Of a stretch of 64,000 nt of DNA, positions 60,229-64,000 are shown piece by piece; position 1 is the stretch's first letter; each line of letters opens with the position of its first letter. Source of the DNA: Alphaproteobacteria bacterium (GTDB lineage: Bacteria > Pseudomonadota > Alphaproteobacteria > Bin95); contig CAXXWS020000001.1 in the NCBI GenBank assembly GCA_963665325.3, positions 96,001-160,000 of the forward strand, in the 5' to 3' direction. The translations under genes were made by a program, and so were the position numbers. Under the pieces are notes generated by a model, which saw only the letters and a program-made list of their open reading frames with translations, was not told the origin of the DNA and did not search any database.

Positions 60229-62193
60229 ATGGCGGGCGAATACAACGCATCCGGCGGCCGGGCTGATGTCGTGGCATGGCTGCGGATTGAGGAGGTTGAT
60301 CGTGTCGCCGGGGTTCGCCTGGCGCTGCTGGAGACCTCGCTGGAGGGAGAACTTCTTGGCTTCGGATTTGCGTGTGCCCGTCGGGGAGCAGTAGCAAGAA
60401 CCGCCGAGGCGTTGTTGGGGGTTGCTGTCTTTGAACCTGCGGTGATCGTGGCGTTGGCGGACGAATCGTCCTCGCGAGCACTGCAGGACTCCTTTCGAAT
60501 GTCCGCACCGCTCTGCCTTGTAGGCCCCAACGGCGAGAAGTCTGGATGCGACCTTCTTTGGCCGAGCGCATGGCCTGCACCCGATTCTCACGCCGGTCGG
60601 GTTGTCTCGGCACTGAAGTCCCGGTGCAACGCATTCGAGCCGCTGGAGCGGGCAGCGAGGGGACTGAGTGAGGCCTTCGCCGATGCGCGGGTACAGCAGG
60701 CGGCCCGCATTGCCGGGCTCGATCTGTTGTTTTCCTTGCCGATGAAGGCTTCCGGGCCAGCAGACGGTGCCGGGACGGACCTAGACGAGCGATTGCGATC
60801 AGTACTGACCATACCACGAGAGCCGCCGTTCGCCGAGTCGGACCTGAATCTGGAATGGGCAGGCGAACTGATGCCCTTCCAGCGGGATGGAGTGAGGGCG
60901 CTATTGGAGATGGACCGGCTGTTGCTGGCGGACGATATGGGGCTCGGCAAGACGGTTCAGGCCGTCGCCGCCTTGCGGATCCTGGCGGCACGGAGCGAAC
61001 CCGGATCCAGTCTCGTGGTTGCGCCGGCCAGCCTGCTCGATCAATGGCGCCGGGAGCTCGCCAAGTGGGCACCTGAGCTTTCAGCAATCGTGGTACGCGG
61101 CGCGGCGGATGACCGGACATGGCAATGGCGGGCAGACAAGGATGTCGTTCTGTCGAGTTACGAGACGTTGCGCACGGACGTCCATCGTCTGCCGGCATTG
61201 CGGCCTCCGGGAGAACGCTGGAGTTCGGTCGTGGCCGATGAAGCACAGAGGATCAAGAACCGCAACGATACCAGCCGGGCTGTCAAGGGGCTGCCGAGAA
61301 TGCGCTCCTGGGCGCTGACCGGCACACCGGTGGAGAACCGGGAAGATGAACTCGCGTCCATCATGGAGTTTGTGGACCACAATGGTAAGGAGCAGCCCAT
61401 CCACTACCGTCCCGGTCCCGCGTTGCAGCGGCGCCACCGGGAGTTGCAGCTTCGCCGTCGCAAGGGCGATGTGCTGGCCGATTTGCCGCCGAAGCTCGAG
61501 TCCCGACTGACTTTGGCGCTCCGCCCCGAACAGCGGAGGAGCTACGACCGGGCGGAACAGGAGGGCATCGTTTATCTCAGGTCTCTGGGCGCCAATGTTA
61601 CCGTCCGCCATATCCTTGAGTTGATTACCCGCCTGAAGCAGATATGCAATTTCGACCCGCAGACAGGCGTGTCCGCCAAAATGGACGACATCGACGAGAA
61701 ATTGCGGGAAATCTTGTCTCGTGGGCACAAGGCGCTGATTTTTTCGCAGTACACCAACGAAATATCGGGCGTGAAGGCGGCCGCGCGCCGATTGCAGGAG
61801 TTCGCCCCGCTTGTGCTGACAGGTGAAGTGCCGGTCGAGGTGCGTCCCCGCCTTGTGGAGAGATTCAGGACCTCGGACCTGCACAGGATCATGGTCGTGT
61901 CGCTCCGCGCCGGCGGCGTCGGGCTTAATCTTCAGGAGGCCTCTTATGTGTTTCATCTGGACCGCTGGTGGAACCCGGCGGTGGAGCGGCAGGCGGAAGA
62001 CCGAGCGCATCGTATCGGGCAGACGGTCAAGCTCAATGTCGTCAAATATATTTGCGCCGATACCATTGAGGAGCGCATAGACAGGATTCTCGTCGGCAAA
62101 CAGGAATTGTTCGACCGCATCGTGGACGATGTCTCGCTGGACCTGTCGAAGCGGCTGACACGCCGCGAACTTCTCGCGCTATTCGGGCTGTAA
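60229..62193 (+). CDS. SNF2-family helicase/ATPase with unknown N-terminal domain
   Basis: LADDMGLGKT, DEAQ, LTGTP, AGGVGLNL, WWNPA, QAEDRAHRIGQ. Confidence 0.92.
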   Translation: MAGEYNASGGRADVVAWLRIEEVDRVAGVRLALLETSLEGELLGFGFACARRGAVARTAEALLGVAVFEPAVIVALADESSSRALQDSFRMSAPLCLVGPNGEKSGCDLLWPSAWPAPDSHAGRVVSALKSRCNAFEPLERAARGLSEAFADARVQQAARIAGLDLLFSLPMKASGPADGAGTDLDERLRSVLTIPREPPFAESDLNLEWAGELMPFQRDGVRALLEMDRLLLADDMGLGKTVQAVAALRILAARSEPGSSLVVAPASLLDQWRRELAKWAPELSAIVVRGAADDRTWQWRADKDVVLSSYETLRTDVHRLPALRPPGERWSSVVADEAQRIKNRNDTSRAVKGLPRMRSWALTGTPVENREDELASIMEFVDHNGKEQPIHYRPGPALQRRHRELQLRRRKGDVLADLPPKLESRLTLALRPEQRRSYDRAEQEGIVYLRSLGANVTVRHILELITRLKQICNFDPQTGVSAKMDDIDEKLREILSRGHKALIFSQYTNEISGVKAAARRLQEFAPLVLTGEVPVEVRPRLVERFRTSDLHRIMVVSLRAGGVGLNLQEASYVFHLDRWWNPAVERQAEDRAHRIGQTVKLNVVKYICADTIEERIDRILVGKQELFDRIVDDVSLDLSKRLTRRELLALFGL

Positions 62194-62582
62194 GGTGAAA
62201 CCGGATCCCGGTAGCTCACCTTCGATGGCGAGTGCAATGTTCACATCTATGTTAGCCCAAGCCCAACTTGATGATCGTAGCCGATACCTTCAGCCGGTGT
62301 CGGACGTGGCCGAGTCCTCTGTGACCGGCCGGCGGCCTTCTGTCCGCTTGCGGAAAAGTGTACGAGGGTTCCAGCGCGGCAACGACGTTGAGTGTAGTCA
62401 GCCTGCGGCACGGTCCGTCGACCGCCGACTGCGCCTCCACGGCGCACAGAGGTCGTCACCCCGTAGTCCACCACAGGTTTCCGTAAAGAGACAGCGCGAA
62501 CCGTTGCCTAGCAAGGGGTACCGGGTTTCCCCGCCCGGTAATCAGAAGGAGTTCGAAGCCCCGGTTGGGCGGGAAGCTGATG

Positions 62583-62717
62583 CGGTGCCGCTGACCATCA
62601 ACCTCGACGCCACGATCATCGCCTCGGAAGAGCGCGAATTCCTGTTCACCTGGCGGACGGCGGAACGGATGGTTCCGGGTGAGCGGGGCTACCAGCCGCC
62701 GGGTGCTTTCTGCCTAG
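62583..62717 (+). pseudogene. IS1380 transposase internal remnant
   Basis: TINLDATIIAS...AERMVPGERGYQP matches 32950-33070. Confidence 0.7.
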
Positions 62718-62897
62718 AAGTCAGGAGCCGCGTCAGACGCAGCACCGGCAAAACGGCACTGGTGCGTCGACCGCCCCGAAGGCGGCGGTCTGAGCGCGGG
62801 ATGAACGGTGGTGCTCCCGAATGCTGCCCCACGAGCCCTTGTGCAGGGTCTGGAATGCAGCCTGCCAGCCTCCGACAGCAACAGCTCCTGATTATTC

Positions 62898-62947
62898 TTG
62901 ACCGGCAAAACGGTCAATAGTATTATATTGACTGATAAAACAGTCAA
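62898..62947. promoter_or_regulatory. Two TTGACYG-N6-CRGTCAA operators upstream of hipBA
   Basis: Palindromes at 62898-62917 and 62928-62947. Confidence 0.75.
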
Positions 62948-62956
62948 TGCTTTGCC

Positions 62957-63292
62957 ATGCCGAGCGCGCCACGTTCATACTCGCGCCTTACAGAAGATGC
63001 GCTCCTTCTGCTGGGCAAGCAAATCAGGCTCGCTCGGAAACGCCGACGCATGTCCGAGCACGATCTCGCGACCCGCATAGGCATCGCCAGAAGCACGTTG
63101 CAACAGATCGAGAAGGGCAAACCTTCCGTGGCGATCGGCCTCGTGCTGGAAGCCGCCACCCTCACCGGCGTCGATCTGTTCGTTCCGGAAGCGACGACTC
63201 TCGCGCCTCAGGTAGAGCGAACCGACGACAAGCTCGCCTTGATGCCCGGCTCGATCCGCAAGCCCCGACACGAGGTCGACGATGACTTCTGA
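62957..63292 (+). CDS. XRE HTH antitoxin (HipB-like)
   Basis: IRLARKRRRMSEHDLATRIGIARSTLQQIEKG. Confidence 0.85.
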   Translation: MPSAPRSYSRLTEDALLLLGKQIRLARKRRRMSEHDLATRIGIARSTLQQIEKGKPSVAIGLVLEAATLTGVDLFVPEATTLAPQVERTDDKLALMPGSIRKPRHEVDDDF

Positions 63293-64000
63293 CGCGGCTC
63301 AGCTCCACGGGGCGTTCGTCTGGATATGGCTGCCCGGGAGGACCTCGCCGGTGGTTGCGGGCCATGTTCACGCGGAAGATGACCACTTCGTCTTCACATA
63401 TGGTCGATCCTATCTCTCCAGAGACGGCGCGATCCCGATTTATGCACCCGAATTGCCCTTGCGCCGTGGCGCCATCGTACCCGACCCGCCGCTGGAGATC
63501 GCCAACGCCCTGCGGGACGCTTCACCCGATGCCTGGGGTCGTCGTGTGATCGCCCATCGCCTCGCCGGCAGCTACGGCGAAATGAATGCGTTCGCCGATC
63601 TCGGCGAGCTCACCTCCATGCTTCGGTCCGGGTCCGACCGCACCGGCGCGCTCGACTTCCAGGCATCCCCCCGCGACTATGTTCCCCGCGAGGCCGACAA
63701 CGAGACTCTCGAACGCCTGCTGGACTCGGCCGATCGGGTTGATCGCGGCCTGCCGCTAGCGCCGGACCTCGCCGAAGCGTTGCAGCACGGGACGGCGATC
63801 GGGGGAGCGAGGCCCAAGGCGCTCATCCGGGACGGAGACGCCAAGTATGTCGCGAAGTTCTCCTCCTCGACCGACACCTACAGCGTTGTCAAAGCTGAGT
63901 TCGTCGCCATGCGTTTAGCGGACCTCGTCGGGTTGAGCGTTGCCCCGGTCAGTCTCGCCCGGGCGATGAACAAGGATGTGCTGCTGATCCGGCGCTTCGA
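63282..64000 (+). CDS. hipA: HipA kinase toxin, runs off the window
   Basis: FVWIWLPG, FTYGRSYL, DASPDAWGRRVI, GTAIGGARPKA, YVAKF, RRF. Confidence 0.88.
   Translation, partial: MTSDAAQLHGAFVWIWLPGRTSPVVAGHVHAEDDHFVFTYGRSYLSRDGAIPIYAPELPLRRGAIVPDPPLEIANALRDASPDAWGRRVIAHRLAGSYGEMNAFADLGELTSMLRSGSDRTGALDFQASPRDYVPREADNETLERLLDSADRVDRGLPLAPDLAEALQHGTAIGGARPKALIRDGDAKYVAKFSSSTDTYSVVKAEFVAMRLADLVGLSVAPVSLARAMNKDVLLIRRF

Noticed and set aside
57935-62193. Canonical BREX locus
   Set aside because: No PglX, PglZ or BrxC in the window

Overview
GC-rich, probably alphaproteobacterial accessory region (inferred from porin type and gene content) dense in mobile DNA, toxin-antitoxin (TA) modules and surface proteins. 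It opens with the 3' part of a BCCT transporter and a prlF-yhaV module. Two convergent paralogous operons follow, each porin -> TbpB-like surface lipoprotein -> Slam/DUF560 (T11SS) translocon (3.8-13.4 kb), with an orphan lipoprotein and relics elsewhere. The middle holds an autotransporter, a PQQ dehydrogenase, an adenylate cyclase and TA modules (about ten across the window). At 30.8-47.9 kb is a nest of IS1634, IS1380, a group II intron fragment and two IS66 elements, one carrying a Dam-like methylase and one a DUF4338 gene. Each IS66 transposase is split at the same NNxAER codons by an identical RIT (recombinase-in-trio) element. The RIT junctions (92-bp TIRs, a 20-bp palindromic linker, a carried 6-bp spacer) fit a circular intermediate with two alternately used attachment sites. 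The window ends with two AAA ATPases, a candidate defence operon (unknown protein, degenerate plus intact DUF2791/BrxD-like ATPases, SNF2 helicase) and a hipBA module. All family calls come from motif recognition, not database searches.
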